A stretch of 64,000 nucleotides of DNA from Nitrososphaeria archaeon. Lineage in GTDB: Archaea; Thermoproteota; Nitrososphaeria; JACIWG01. The stretch spans positions 70,167 to 134,166 of the forward strand of contig JBEKIG010000001.1 in NCBI GenBank assembly GCA_050011875.1, given 5' to 3'. Shown piece by piece: positions 1 through 10,374 of the stretch. The first letter of the stretch is position 1; each line of letters starts with the position of its first letter. Below the pieces are notes generated by a model. It did no database searches. It saw nothing but the letters and a program-made list of their open reading frames with translations, and was not told the DNA's origin. A program made the translations under genes and the position numbers.

Positions 1-189
1 AATTCCAACCCCCGCACTATTCATTTTATATTGGCAAGACTCTTACTGTAAGAGAAAAATATTTGCCCAGAGTCATTGTAGCTTGTAGGGAGAATAGAAG
101 TTTTTCTAAGATTATAATTTCAAAAAAAATCAGCATACAACGCAAAGTCGTTCCGTTCATTCGAATGTCAGTTCTAGAGGTTTCCCTCC

Positions 190-1212
190 TCAAACCTTTT
201 CGTCAGAGATGCCATCTTTACTTGGTAGGAGCTTTCTGATTTGAAGATGGTATGGGCATCTTAATTCGCATTCGCCGCATTTAAGACAGGTTGGAACTAG
301 CTCTTTGGCCTTTTGAAACTGACTTTTAAGGCTAGGTGTCCACCCCATCCGTCTTAGAAATTGTTTTTCAGTGCGTAATACGTAGGATATAGGTATACCC
401 CGCTGACAAGGTTGGCAGTAGTCGCAGCCGCGGCAGTATTCGGTTCCGAGTTCTTTCTTGTCTTTTTCTATGAGTTTCAGCTCTTCGGAGCTGAGTTTAT
501 AAGAAGCGGATGCAGTAGCGATGTTCTCTTCTACTTCCTGTAAATTCATCATTCCTGGAATTACTACATCGACATTCTTATCGTTTAGTAGGAATTTAAG
601 TGCTGTCTTTGTATTGCTGAAGGCTCCTCCGCCAAAGGGCTTCATTATTACCGTGCCCACCTGGTTTTTACTACAAAAAGGTAGCAAGTCCTCTCCTGGC
701 AGAGTCGTGAGGTAGTTATAAGGTACTAAGATAGTTTCAAAGATGTTTTCTTGTACGATCTCTTTCAGAAGCAACGGATTATGGCTTGTGATTCCCAGGT
801 GCTTTATTTTCCCATCTTCATGTGCCTTAATTAAGGCTTCCAGTGCTCCACCCGGGGCTTTAACCTGCTTCCAAGCCTCTTTTGTTGTCACATTATGCAG
901 TTGGTAGATATCTACCCATTCTGTTCTAAGATTTTTTAGGCTTGTCTCAAGTTCTTGTAGAACCTCACCTTTGGTTAGTCGCTGTGTTTTTGTTGCTATG
1001 ATTACATCGTCTCTCACATCTTCAAGAGCTTTCCCTATCCTCTCTTCACTGACCGTGTACGCTCTTGCCGTATCAAAATAATTAATACCCCTATCATAGC
1101 AGTGGCGGACGACCTTAACAGCTTCGTCTTCAGAGATTCTCTGGATTGGGATACCACCAAACCCCAGGGTCTTTACCTTTAGACCTGTTCGACCCAGAAT
1201 TCTTTCTTTCAA
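190..1212 (-). CDS. Aldo/keto reductase fused to a C-terminal 4Fe-4S ferredoxin-type cysteine cluster
   Basis: N-terminus GFGGIP...DTARAY and an AKR-like TIM-barrel core. The C-terminus carries CRGCDYCQPC and CLKCGECELRCP cysteine motifs. It is a complete ORF starting MKERILGRTG. Confidence 0.8.
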   Translation of the reverse strand: MKERILGRTGLKVKTLGFGGIPIQRISEDEAVKVVRHCYDRGINYFDTARAYTVSEERIGKALEDVRDDVIIATKTQRLTKGEVLQELETSLKNLRTEWVDIYQLHNVTTKEAWKQVKAPGGALEALIKAHEDGKIKHLGITSHNPLLLKEIVQENIFETILVPYNYLTTLPGEDLLPFCSKNQVGTVIMKPFGGGAFSNTKTALKFLLNDKNVDVVIPGMMNLQEVEENIATASASYKLSSEELKLIEKDKKELGTEYCRGCDYCQPCQRGIPISYVLRTEKQFLRRMGWTPSLKSQFQKAKELVPTCLKCGECELRCPYHLQIRKLLPSKDGISDEKV

Positions 1213-1882
1213 AGTATTTATCCTTACCTCTTGCGTTACATTGAATATATAACTCTTCTAACCACGAGAATAGCTAATCCTTTTTACGCTTATACCTTTA
1301 ACAAATTAATCTTTCTTAGCGCGATAAGTCCTGTTAAGCAGGCTGTTCCCAGACCTTTGCAATTTTTTCTCAAGATATACTTGATCTTACTATTGTATCC
1401 AATTGTTCTAGCAGTGATCTCACTTTCAATCTCCATTCATCTTCAAAATACTATTACAGAAATGAAAAGCTAAAATAAACCGTATTTCCTGATTGTTATC
1501 ATCATTTCTAGATACCCCATTTTTTTAGTATATTCATTATTTTTATATCAAACAATCTTAATAAGACAAACGTGGTTAAAGTTAAAGAGCAGTTTTTTGT
1601 TGAGTACCGCACACAGTTTCCTTTTTGCATTAATATTTAGAGCAGAGTCAAAACTTAGACTATTCTACTAATTTACAATTCGATCAAGTAGACATCCTCA
1701 CTATATTGGGAGATTATTCTGGAATTGCTGAAAAAAATTAATGACAGATAAATAGTTAATTAGACAATAATAAATTAAGGAGTTCAGAGATCTACCCATT
1801 TCTAGAAACTGTCGCACAAATAATATATCCAAAAATACAAAGAATATATAATTAAAACGTAAGATTATGGAAAGTTTAATAA

Positions 1883-3586
1883 TTGATTGAAGCCTGCCTT
1901 ATAACTAGTGATATTTTGGGTCCTCAAGAGGGAATAATTAAAATCCTCAAACAGGAAGGAATTGAATTTTTGAGTGTCATGCCCGTCGGCAACTTAACCC
2001 CTCAAGCTAGCAAAGAAAAACTCCGTATCATCATGATGAGAACTGAACGCTTCGCGGTCGGTCTTGCAGACGGCTACTCCAGAGCTTCAAACGGGAAGAA
2101 GATAGGTGTATTTAACATTCAAGGAGGAGCCTTCCCTGTAGGAGCTGAGATAGCTCAAGGGGCTGTAGCCCAAGCCTTTGAAGACAGCTCACCAATCCTA
2201 GGTATAATGGCTGGTCCGACGCTCAGTCAACTCGGGCAGAACCGCTTCGATATAACAAGACAATATTCAGGGATTACAAAATGGACAGCTTACATCCCTG
2301 AAAGTTATCGAATTCCAGAGTTTATGAGGAGAGCATTCACCTACCTCAGAACTGGGAGGCGAGGACCTATCGTCCTGCACTGTTCAAGTGTGAACAGGGG
2401 ACCTGAAGAACTGAACTGGGGTGACTATGATAACACGAAGTACCCCTACGAACCGGTTAAGGGGTGGCGATATCCTGGAGACCCTCGAGATGTGGAGGTG
2501 ACGGTTAAGGCCCTTCTGGCAGCGAAGAAACCTGTGATATACGCAGGTCAGGGAATCTTCTATGCTGACGCCTGCCAAGAGCTTGTCGAATTCGCTGAGC
2601 TCGTTCAAGTACCAGTAGTGACAACGCTACTGGCTAAGAGCGCCTTCCCGGAGGATCATCCTCTTTCAGTAGGTGTCTCAGGGATTCCAGCGGAGCATTA
2701 TATTGGTGGCGCCGACTTGGTCTTTGGCATAGGGGAGAGCCTTTCTCCAGGAGATTTCAAGCACTACTTTGACGGCTCAGGTAAAATTATAATTCAAGCT
2801 GATATTGATGAAAGAGACATTAACATCCGCTATAAGATCGATCACGCCATAATCGGCGACGCAAAACTTATTCTACAACAGCTAATATCAGAAGTCAAAA
2901 GACAAGGAAGACAAGGAATCCGAAAGAATGAGAAACTGCAAGATGATATAAGAGGGCTCAAAGCTAAGAAGATGGAAAAATACAAGCAAGCGATCGAATC
3001 AAACGAAAAGCCGATCAATCCATATAGGGTCTACTGGGATTTAATGAACACCATAGATAGGAGGAATTCAGTTATCTCCCACGAGGCTGGGAGCACTAGA
3101 GATCAGCTGAGAACCATCTATGAAGCCATCATTCCAAGAGGCTTCATTGGCTGGGGAAACGCTAGCAGCCTCGGCTTCGGATTAAGTGCCGCAGCAGGAG
3201 CAAAACTCGCTTATCCAAAGAGGGATTGTATCCATGTGACAGGCGACGGAGGTATCATGTATCAGATAGGCAACTTCGAAGCCCTCGTCAGAGAAAATAT
3301 AGCAATAACCACAATCCACATCAATAACAGCGGCTTTGCAGGATATGGATCTGGCTTCTGGGGTTCAGGACATAATCCGGAGACGAGCGCTGTTACATCA
3401 TCCACTATACTGAGTACAAGTCGGATAGCTGAGGGATTTGGCGAACATGCTGAGCGGGTTGAAGAACCCGACGAGATAATGCCTGCCATCAAAAGGGCAA
3501 TTAAAGTCAATCGTTCAGGAAAGCCTGCGTTGCTTGAGTTCATCTGCTCCCAATACCCAGTCTACGACGATTGGATGCACAAATAA
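1883..3586 (+). CDS. Thiamine-pyrophosphate-dependent enzyme (acetolactate synthase / pyruvate oxidase family)
   Basis: The C-terminal TPP-binding motif GDGGIMYQIGNFEALVRENIAITTIHINNSGFAGYG (GDG..NN) is present. The 567-aa three-domain length fits the family. The TTG start given by the track is uncertain, and the real start may be a downstream ATG. Confidence 0.7.
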   Translation: MIEACLITSDILGPQEGIIKILKQEGIEFLSVMPVGNLTPQASKEKLRIIMMRTERFAVGLADGYSRASNGKKIGVFNIQGGAFPVGAEIAQGAVAQAFEDSSPILGIMAGPTLSQLGQNRFDITRQYSGITKWTAYIPESYRIPEFMRRAFTYLRTGRRGPIVLHCSSVNRGPEELNWGDYDNTKYPYEPVKGWRYPGDPRDVEVTVKALLAAKKPVIYAGQGIFYADACQELVEFAELVQVPVVTTLLAKSAFPEDHPLSVGVSGIPAEHYIGGADLVFGIGESLSPGDFKHYFDGSGKIIIQADIDERDINIRYKIDHAIIGDAKLILQQLISEVKRQGRQGIRKNEKLQDDIRGLKAKKMEKYKQAIESNEKPINPYRVYWDLMNTIDRRNSVISHEAGSTRDQLRTIYEAIIPRGFIGWGNASSLGFGLSAAAGAKLAYPKRDCIHVTGDGGIMYQIGNFEALVRENIAITTIHINNSGFAGYGSGFWGSGHNPETSAVTSSTILSTSRIAEGFGEHAERVEEPDEIMPAIKRAIKVNRSGKPALLEFICSQYPVYDDWMHK

Positions 3587-3950
3587 AGAAGTAACCTTTC
3601 TTCTCTCTCTTATTTTCCTCTTTCCATTGATCTTCTAATGAGAAATTATAGATGAGGAGGTCATCTTGGTGAACTCAGTAACTCTATCCATGGAGCCGGA
3701 TGCTGGGGTGAGCGCAACACCAAATACTATGTCTTGGTCCTGCAAACTGGTTCAAATCCCATTGGTTCCACTTAAGAAAGGAAGGGAGCTTAAACACATA
3801 TAGTACTAGCTCTATCTATCATATTATTTAAAGAAAAAAATAGATGCCTGCTAAACTTAAAAAACCCAGCGTTTGCCTCTACACTAAATTGTCTTCTCTC
3901 TTCTAGTCTCTTAAAGGAAACAAAAATGTTAATCTAACAGCTAAAACATA

Positions 3951-5030
3951 ATGTCGGTATCGACCATGCAGGAAGCAAGACTTTACGAAAAGATCAATGA
4001 CATAAAGATCAAGTGTACAGCCTGTCCGAGGTACTGTAGGTTATCGGAAGGGCAAATAGGATTCTGTGGCGTCAGAAGGAACGTTGGAGGAAAACTCTTC
4101 CTCTTAGTCTACGGTAGACCCATTTCACTTAACATGGATCCCATAGAAAAGAAGCCCTTTTCACATTACATGCCGGGATCGAAGGTCTTAAGCCTTGGGA
4201 CAGTTGGCTGCGATTGGGCCTGCCAGTACTGCCAAAACTCCGATATAAGCCAGAGGAGGTCCATCGGAGGGTTAGAAGCTACGCCGGAAAAGCTTATCGA
4301 GTTAGCCCTAAGATATGGTTCAGACGGCATCGCCTACACCTACAATGAACCCACGATATTTGTGGAATACGCTCACGATACAGGCGTTTTGGCTAGAAAA
4401 AAGGGGCTTTTCAACGTCTTCGTAAGCAACGGGTACGCTACCCCAGAAAGCGTCAAGATGATGCTCAATTTCCTGGACGCGATTACAGTTGACTTCAAAG
4501 GAAATGGTGAAAAGCGTTTTTTGCAGAAGTACGCTATGGTAGTCGATCCAGAGCCGATATATCAGACTCTGATCGATCTAAAAAAAGGCGGGGTTCATAT
4601 AGAGATCACAGATCTTGTTGTCCCAAAGATAGGAGACGACCTTGGAGAAGCGAGGAAATTGAGCAAATGGATCTTAGAAAACCTAGGCGAAAATGTTCCA
4701 ATTCACTTTTTGAGATTTCATCCCGACTACAATATGCAAAACCTTCCCCCTACACCTGATAATACCTTAGTAAAGCACTATTCTATCGCTAAGGAAGTCG
4801 GGTTGAAGTATGTTTATCTAGGAAATGTCCCGGGGCATTCCTATGAAAATACGTATTGCCCTTCATGCGGAAAGATGGTTGTTGAAAGATATGGATTCGA
4901 TATTATAAATTGGCATCTCGATGGAGACAACAAATGCCAATACTGTTCTCATCCGGTGGCTATCGTGGGAAGGCTTAAACAATATAGGTCTCAGGAAAGA
5001 TTTTTTCCAATAAATTTAAACAAGCCATAG
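3951..5030 (+). CDS. Radical SAM enzyme, AmmeMemoRadiSam-system type (AmrS / PFL-activase-like)
   Basis: N-terminal Cys cluster KCTACPRYCRL..GFCGVR. DPIEKKPFSHYMPGS followed by GCDWACQYCQN matches the unusual CX3CX2C...CQN signature I recall for this subfamily. Confidence 0.6.
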   Translation: MSVSTMQEARLYEKINDIKIKCTACPRYCRLSEGQIGFCGVRRNVGGKLFLLVYGRPISLNMDPIEKKPFSHYMPGSKVLSLGTVGCDWACQYCQNSDISQRRSIGGLEATPEKLIELALRYGSDGIAYTYNEPTIFVEYAHDTGVLARKKGLFNVFVSNGYATPESVKMMLNFLDAITVDFKGNGEKRFLQKYAMVVDPEPIYQTLIDLKKGGVHIEITDLVVPKIGDDLGEARKLSKWILENLGENVPIHFLRFHPDYNMQNLPPTPDNTLVKHYSIAKEVGLKYVYLGNVPGHSYENTYCPSCGKMVVERYGFDIINWHLDGDNKCQYCSHPVAIVGRLKQYRSQERFFPINLNKP

Positions 5031-5093
5031 TGAATTCCACTGGAGAATAAATAGAAACGCGAACAACTTCCAATTTCTGAAAACCTTTAATAA

Positions 5094-5933
5094 ATGCAAT
5101 GTTCCGGAATCTTCGGAAAGCAGATGACGGTTGAGCAGGTAGCTCCAGAGAAAGGTTTAGGTTTTTGGAAGTACGCTCTCGGACTGGTGCTGATAGTTTT
5201 TTTTGTGTATTCCCAATACTTATTTAATATTACTGGACTCCTCTACGGCGTTATTCTTGTCTACCTTCTGCCTTCAATAGTCGTGTTACTAATTACTGGG
5301 AGGAGAATACTCGTTAAGGCAGGTGCTAACTTCAAAAAGGCAATCAGATACGGTTTCGGATATTTTGGTATATTCAGCGCAGCTGGAATCGGCTTGGCTG
5401 TTTTTCTTTTAGCATTGCTCTTCGCTTTCGATCCACAAATCGTGAATATATTGAACCGACCGAACCCCCTGCTTGAAGTCTCACCTAATGTAGCGTGGTT
5501 GATGATACTTTTTTCCTTTGTTATCGTAGGGCCGTTTGAAGAATTTCTTTTTAGAGGCTTTGTCTTCGGTGAGCTATCGGACATCTTGAAAAACAGGCAC
5601 TGGATCATTTCAGCTCTTATTGCATCAATAATCTTTGCAATGCTTCATCTCTACTATTTGATAATATATGGGATAGCTTCTATAATACAGTTATCTCAGA
5701 TCATAATGTTTGGTCTTGGTATGAGTGGAGCCTATTATAAGTCTAAGGGAAACTTGGTCGTACTAGCCTTGATCCACGGTGCTTTTGATGCAACAAGCTA
5801 CCTGATCATTGCGATCCCCAACAACATATTCATAGGGATAGGGCTTAAGTTTGCGCTGATACTTATCAGCGTGTTTGTGGGTATTTTTTATGTTTTTGGA
5901 AATAAGCAGTCTGACAGCTCGATAGCGCCTTAG
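5094..5933 (+). CDS. CPBP family intramembrane metalloprotease (CAAX protease / Abi-like)
   Basis: Polytopic membrane protein with EEFLFRGF, FAMLHLYY and HGAFD motifs (EExxxR, FxxxH, HxxxD). Confidence 0.75.
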   Translation: MQCSGIFGKQMTVEQVAPEKGLGFWKYALGLVLIVFFVYSQYLFNITGLLYGVILVYLLPSIVVLLITGRRILVKAGANFKKAIRYGFGYFGIFSAAGIGLAVFLLALLFAFDPQIVNILNRPNPLLEVSPNVAWLMILFSFVIVGPFEEFLFRGFVFGELSDILKNRHWIISALIASIIFAMLHLYYLIIYGIASIIQLSQIIMFGLGMSGAYYKSKGNLVVLALIHGAFDATSYLIIAIPNNIFIGIGLKFALILISVFVGIFYVFGNKQSDSSIAP

Positions 5934-5940
5934 TCTTTTT

Positions 5941-7908
5941 TTAGTTCATTATTTTACCTGTATCCTCTGTTGCACTGTAACCTTTGAACATCCGCGGGAG
6001 CAGTGTCTGAAACTCCTTTGACCTCAAGCATTTGATGAAGTCTTCTATTCCAGGTTTTTTGAGGCGCTCCCTTAGTACTACGAAGTCGTACTCCTCTTCA
6101 GTAAGGAAGGTGAACCCTAGACCATATTTTTCAGCGTAGAACCTCAGCCCTACTCCAGCATCAGCCCTTCCTTGGACAACAGCTAAGGCGACCGCCGAAT
6201 GCGTTTTAGCTTCATAGTTATATCCGTTTATCTTCTTCACCATCCTGTTAAAGTCTTCTCCACTTTTTGAGGCTATCTTCTTAAGCGCATAGTCGAAGAA
6301 TGTTCTTGTGCCTGAGCCTTTGTTTCTGTTGATAATAGTAACCTTAGGTTTTAACATGTCTTCGATAGAAGAGATCCTTTTTTGATTTTCCTTTAAGGTT
6401 ATGATACCCTGTTCACGCTTGTACCCCTTTACTAATACAGCAATATCTTTTAGATTGAACTTGTTTAGGAAAGGAATGTTGTATTGAAGACTATCTTCAT
6501 CGAGCAGGTGTGTACCGGCGATGTCCGCCTCTTTCTTCTTTATTGCATTCCAACCCGAAAGGGAACCTAAGTTTATGATCTTAGCCGTGCGTTTTATAGG
6601 AAATAGGCTTAGAATTAGTTCGACAGCAGGGCAATGGCTTCCTATAATGTTTAGGTCAGGTATCCTTAGCTGATCAGAAAAGAGACTGACGCAGACGTCC
6701 TCGTTCTCTTCAATAAATTCGATATTCTCAGGAATATCGATGAAGCCGTCACTATAGTTCAGAGTGGATACAGAGCCCGAGCTTCCAGGCGTCGGATACG
6801 CGATGTTTTCGCCACCATTATCTATGACACTCACGGGAATAAGGGATCTTTTACCCTTTGCATTAAATATCCTGAACGGCACTTTTGCAGTTAACGTCCT
6901 CCCAGATACGCCTTCGTAACCGCCTATCTTTTTAAGAACAGGCACCACCAAAGCTGTAAAGACCATCATAGCTGACACAGGGAAACCTGGGAGGCCAAAA
7001 AGCAGCTTTCCCCCCGCGACTGCGACGATTGTTGGTTTACCCGGTTTTATCTTCAAGCCATGGACAACGACGCCTGGCCTCCCAATCGAATCAAACACCC
7101 TGTACATGATGTCACCAAGCCCCGCAGAAGTGCTTCCTGAAGTTAATACCATATCATTTTTATTTAACGCATCACTTACTGCCTTCAACATCGTGTCGTA
7201 GGTGTCTGGCAGAATCCCTAAGAAATATGGCTCTCCGCCACATTCACTTATCATCGAACATATTGCTGGGCCATTTGCGTCGTAGATCTTACCTGGGATA
7301 AGGCTTTTTCCTTGCTTCATAACTTCGTTGCCTGATGAGAAGAGCCCGATCTTTGGCCTTCTGTATACAATAACTTTTTCGAATCCTAGGGCTGAAAGCG
7401 AAGCTATTTCTCTTGATGTTAGCGTAACCCCCTTTCTGAGGAACAGGTCGCCGAGGACATAGTCTGAACCTGCCTGAGCGATGTTTTCGCCATGAACTAT
7501 TGATCTGTATATGTAAACGTTTGAACCCACTTCCTTTGTGTACTCCACCATGACAACAGAATCCGCTCCCTTAGGCAAAGGGGCTCCTGTCGAAATACTC
7601 ATACATTCGTTATTGTGAATTTCCTTGGTGGGCATCTTTCCTACTTCTGAGAAACCTATGATTTTCAATTCTGCAGGACTGCCTTCTTCAGCATCTGAGA
7701 CGTCATCAGCGGAAACAGCGAAGCCATCCACTTCTGACCTATCGAAAGGTGGAGAATCGATTGGGGCAAAGACGTCCTCGGCCAAGACGCGTCCAAGAGA
7801 ATTTATCAGATCAACCTTCTCTTTTCCCTTAGGTTTAAGATCAACAGCTTGCCCTATGATTTTTTGAGCTTCTTCGATAGATAAAAGGTTATGGAAGATC
7901 TTAGCCAA
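5941..7908 (-). CDS. moeA: Molybdopterin molybdotransferase MoeA fused to a C-terminal PBP-like (periplasmic-binding-protein-fold) domain
   Basis: The MoeA N-terminal and MogA-like domains are visible (SPPFDRSEVDGFAV, GGVSTG-like region). The 655-aa length with a C-terminal ~200-aa PBP-like segment (GSGTRTFFDYA...GVGL) matches the archaeal long MoeA form. Confidence 0.8.
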   Translation of the reverse strand: MAKIFHNLLSIEEAQKIIGQAVDLKPKGKEKVDLINSLGRVLAEDVFAPIDSPPFDRSEVDGFAVSADDVSDAEEGSPAELKIIGFSEVGKMPTKEIHNNECMSISTGAPLPKGADSVVMVEYTKEVGSNVYIYRSIVHGENIAQAGSDYVLGDLFLRKGVTLTSREIASLSALGFEKVIVYRRPKIGLFSSGNEVMKQGKSLIPGKIYDANGPAICSMISECGGEPYFLGILPDTYDTMLKAVSDALNKNDMVLTSGSTSAGLGDIMYRVFDSIGRPGVVVHGLKIKPGKPTIVAVAGGKLLFGLPGFPVSAMMVFTALVVPVLKKIGGYEGVSGRTLTAKVPFRIFNAKGKRSLIPVSVIDNGGENIAYPTPGSSGSVSTLNYSDGFIDIPENIEFIEENEDVCVSLFSDQLRIPDLNIIGSHCPAVELILSLFPIKRTAKIINLGSLSGWNAIKKKEADIAGTHLLDEDSLQYNIPFLNKFNLKDIAVLVKGYKREQGIITLKENQKRISSIEDMLKPKVTIINRNKGSGTRTFFDYALKKIASKSGEDFNRMVKKINGYNYEAKTHSAVALAVVQGRADAGVGLRFYAEKYGLGFTFLTEEEYDFVVLRERLKKPGIEDFIKCLRSKEFQTLLPRMFKGYSATEDTGKIMN

Positions 7909-7910
7909 AA

Positions 7911-9194
7911 TTATCCCTCTAAAGGCTGGAAAAGGAGTACATCGACGGATTCACCTTCATCATAGCCTTCCAATCCCTCTTCCATAATAAGTAACCCGTT
8001 TCCTCTAGTTAGCGAAGAAAGAAGGCCGGAGCCTGTAAGCCTCATAGGTTCAACGGAAAATCCACCTTTATAGTATTTCTCAACTTTAACCCTTACGAAA
8101 GCTTTGACGCCCACTGGTTTTACCAGCCGCCTGGTCAGGCAAGCTTTGATGACAGGATAGCTGAGAGGTTTAGAGCCTCTTAGAAAGTTAATAGCAGGTT
8201 TTACAAAGACTTCAAAGCCAGTGAAGGCAGCTACGGGATAACCTGATAGCATGAACACCGGCTTTCCCTGAACAAGAGCTAAACCTGTGGGACGACCGGG
8301 TCGCATCCTAACACCATAAAATAAAACTGATGAATAACCTATCTTTGTGACAGCTTCCTCGACCAAATCTGTGGCTCCAACACTTGTGCCCCCCGTTGTA
8401 ACAATAGCGTCAACGCCTGATGACGCTTCCAAAATCTTTGAACTGATAATTTCAACGTCATCCTCCACAACTCCGAGGTCGACTGGTTCACAAAATTCTT
8501 CACAGGACATTGATAGTATAAGGGGTTTTGTCGAATCAATCACGCTTTTGTTCTGAGACGTGGAATATTTCAGTTCACTTCCCGTTGATAGAACGCCGAC
8601 CCTTAATCTTCTAAATACCTTTATCTTCCCACTTCCTGTTGACAAAAGTGCTGCAAGATGCCATGGTCTGATAAGCACACCTTTTTCAACAACGACTGAT
8701 CCCTTTACAAAGTCTTCACCCCTTCTAGACACATTCAGCCATTGGGGAACACTCCTGTACACAAGAACCGAGGAGCCTTCTAACTTGGTGTCTTCAACCA
8801 TGACGACAGCATTTGAATTGGCAGGAAGAGGTGAACCCGTATAGACTATGGCAGTTTCACCATTACATAAAGGCCTAATTTTTTCTTTCAGAGCGTCAAT
8901 GCGTATTTCCTGTATTACTCTTAATACAGTGGGGTTGGTGGTTGAACTGCTTAATACATCCTCTGAGATAACGGCGTATCCGTCCACTGCACTTTTATCG
9001 TACTTTGGAGAATCGAATCTTGAAAGCACATGTACCGCACAGAAATGATGAAGTGAATCAGAGACTGCAATCTCTGAAACACCTAGGTCAGGTTTCTTAA
9101 GAGACTTAAACATCAGATCAATAGATTCTTCAACGCCTCTAAGAGACTTAAAGGATCTAACCTTATCGTACATTTTTCCTGTCATATCTCCCAA
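7911..9194 (-). CDS. moeA: Molybdopterin molybdotransferase MoeA, short paralog
   Basis: The DSPKYDKSAVDGYAV motif and a 427-aa typical MoeA architecture. It sits 2 nt downstream of the long MoeA gene on the same strand. Confidence 0.8.
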   Translation of the reverse strand: MGDMTGKMYDKVRSFKSLRGVEESIDLMFKSLKKPDLGVSEIAVSDSLHHFCAVHVLSRFDSPKYDKSAVDGYAVISEDVLSSSTTNPTVLRVIQEIRIDALKEKIRPLCNGETAIVYTGSPLPANSNAVVMVEDTKLEGSSVLVYRSVPQWLNVSRRGEDFVKGSVVVEKGVLIRPWHLAALLSTGSGKIKVFRRLRVGVLSTGSELKYSTSQNKSVIDSTKPLILSMSCEEFCEPVDLGVVEDDVEIISSKILEASSGVDAIVTTGGTSVGATDLVEEAVTKIGYSSVLFYGVRMRPGRPTGLALVQGKPVFMLSGYPVAAFTGFEVFVKPAINFLRGSKPLSYPVIKACLTRRLVKPVGVKAFVRVKVEKYYKGGFSVEPMRLTGSGLLSSLTRGNGLLIMEEGLEGYDEGESVDVLLFQPLEG

Positions 9195-9250
9195 AGTTCT
9201 AACGCCATCCCATGTATCTTTCTTACGCTCGAATATCTAATTAATTTAAT

Positions 9251-10321
9251 TTACGACCTACCTTTTATTTTTTGAGAGGTTTCCGTAATTATTCCCAACG
9301 CCTTGTAGATGTCTTCTCTTTCTATTCCCCTATGGGTAACCATCCTAATGTCCTTGTCGCTAACCGACAGCGACAAAACACCTTGAGCCTTTAAAGCTGA
9401 GGTGAATTTGCTTGAAGATACACCCAAACTGCTTACATCAAATTTAACCATGTTGGTCTGCACAGCTTTCATGTTAACTGATAAGCCTTCGATCTTTGCT
9501 AACCCTTCAGCTAACAATCGGGCGTTTCTATGGTCGTCTTCAAGTCTGCTGATCATCTTTTCTAACGCAATTATACCGGGGGCGGCAACGATTCCAGCTT
9601 GGCGCATGCCTCCTCCAAGAACCTTCCTGACCTTCCTTGCCCTATCAATAAAGTCTTGGCTTCCAACAACAATTGAGCCGATAGGACAGCTTAAACCTTT
9701 CGAAAGACAGAACATCATGTTATCGACGTACTTCGTAAAGTTCTTCACGTCGACTTTTAGCGCCACTGAGGCATTGAATATTCGGGCGCCGTCCATGTAA
9801 AGTTTTAGACTGTGAGACCTTACGACTTCACTTATAGATTTTATCTGTTCGGGTGTTGCAATTGTTCCACCTGCCCTGTTGTGAGTGTTTTCGATTTCGA
9901 CCAAGGTCGTTTCCGGAAAGTGAATATCCTTAGGCCTTATCGCTGCTTCAACGTCTTTTGGATCGAGAACCCCCAAATTACCTTTGATCGTGTAGGGCAC
10001 AAGGCCACCGATTGCGCATAGACCTCCTACTTCATAATAAAAAACATGTGCTTCAGCCTCCAATATTACCCCGTCACCTCTTTTGGTGTTACTTATCATC
10101 GAGACCAGGTTGGCTTGAGTTCCACTTGTCACCAGCAAAGAGGCTTCCTTACCCATTTTCTCAGCAGCCATTTCCTCAAGTTTTTTTACAGTGGGATCTT
10201 CCCTAAAGACGTCGTCGCCGAGCTTAGCGTGCCTAATGGCTTCAAGCATTTCATCAGTTGGTAGGGTTACCGTATCACTTCTTAGATCAATGATTTCTTT
10301 CACCATCTTAGCACCACCCAT
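9251..10321 (-). CDS. Low-specificity L-threonine aldolase (PLP-dependent)
   Basis: N-terminus IDLRSDTVTLPTDEMLEAI...GDDVFREDPT is characteristic of threonine aldolase (fold-type I PLP). Length is 356 aa. Confidence 0.8.
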   Translation of the reverse strand: MGGAKMVKEIIDLRSDTVTLPTDEMLEAIRHAKLGDDVFREDPTVKKLEEMAAEKMGKEASLLVTSGTQANLVSMISNTKRGDGVILEAEAHVFYYEVGGLCAIGGLVPYTIKGNLGVLDPKDVEAAIRPKDIHFPETTLVEIENTHNRAGGTIATPEQIKSISEVVRSHSLKLYMDGARIFNASVALKVDVKNFTKYVDNMMFCLSKGLSCPIGSIVVGSQDFIDRARKVRKVLGGGMRQAGIVAAPGIIALEKMISRLEDDHRNARLLAEGLAKIEGLSVNMKAVQTNMVKFDVSSLGVSSSKFTSALKAQGVLSLSVSDKDIRMVTHRGIEREDIYKALGIITETSQKIKGRS

Positions 10322-10374
10322 TAACTAAAAAAGGCCTCACATAAATCATTATTGCTGAATTAAACCGTTATTGG

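Noticed and set aside
521-715. Antisense or nested ORFs inside strong CDSs (521..715, 2384..2608, 3262..3543, 5261..5608, 7625..7867, 8339..9048, 9402..10264, 11385..12182, 12576..12761, 13125..13532, 14275..14601, 16444..16710, 16969..17235, 18371..18562, 19278..19678, 19969..20883, 21110..21520, 25371..25616, 30645..31143, 31797..32033, 32331..32708, 33993..34325, 35287..35526, 36089..36301, 38052..38312, 39050..39503, 41624..41959, 42273..42455, 43477..43677, 44534..44752, 45883..46131, 46490..46774, 47039..47467, 48876..49232, 49986..50198, 50904..51101, 51689..52072, 53435..53714, 54910..55215, 56139..56369, 56556..56944, 57026..57952, 60525..61073)
   Set aside because: Each lies within a longer ORF on the other strand or frame whose product has clear family motifs. 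Their translations are low-complexity with no motifs.
1231-1473. 80-aa ORF in the AT-rich spacer between the AKR and TPP-enzyme genes
   Set aside because: Hydrophobic low-complexity translation in a promoter-like AT-rich region. No motif and no plausible start context.
3749-3759. GGTTCAAATCC tRNA T-arm-like motif inside the 364-bp spacer 3587..3950, a possible tRNA or ncRNA
   Set aside because: I could not fold flanking sequence into a cloverleaf. T-stem pairing is only 3 of 5, and no acceptor or anticodon stems are found on either strand. It is likely a chance match, though the long spacer could still hold an ncRNA.
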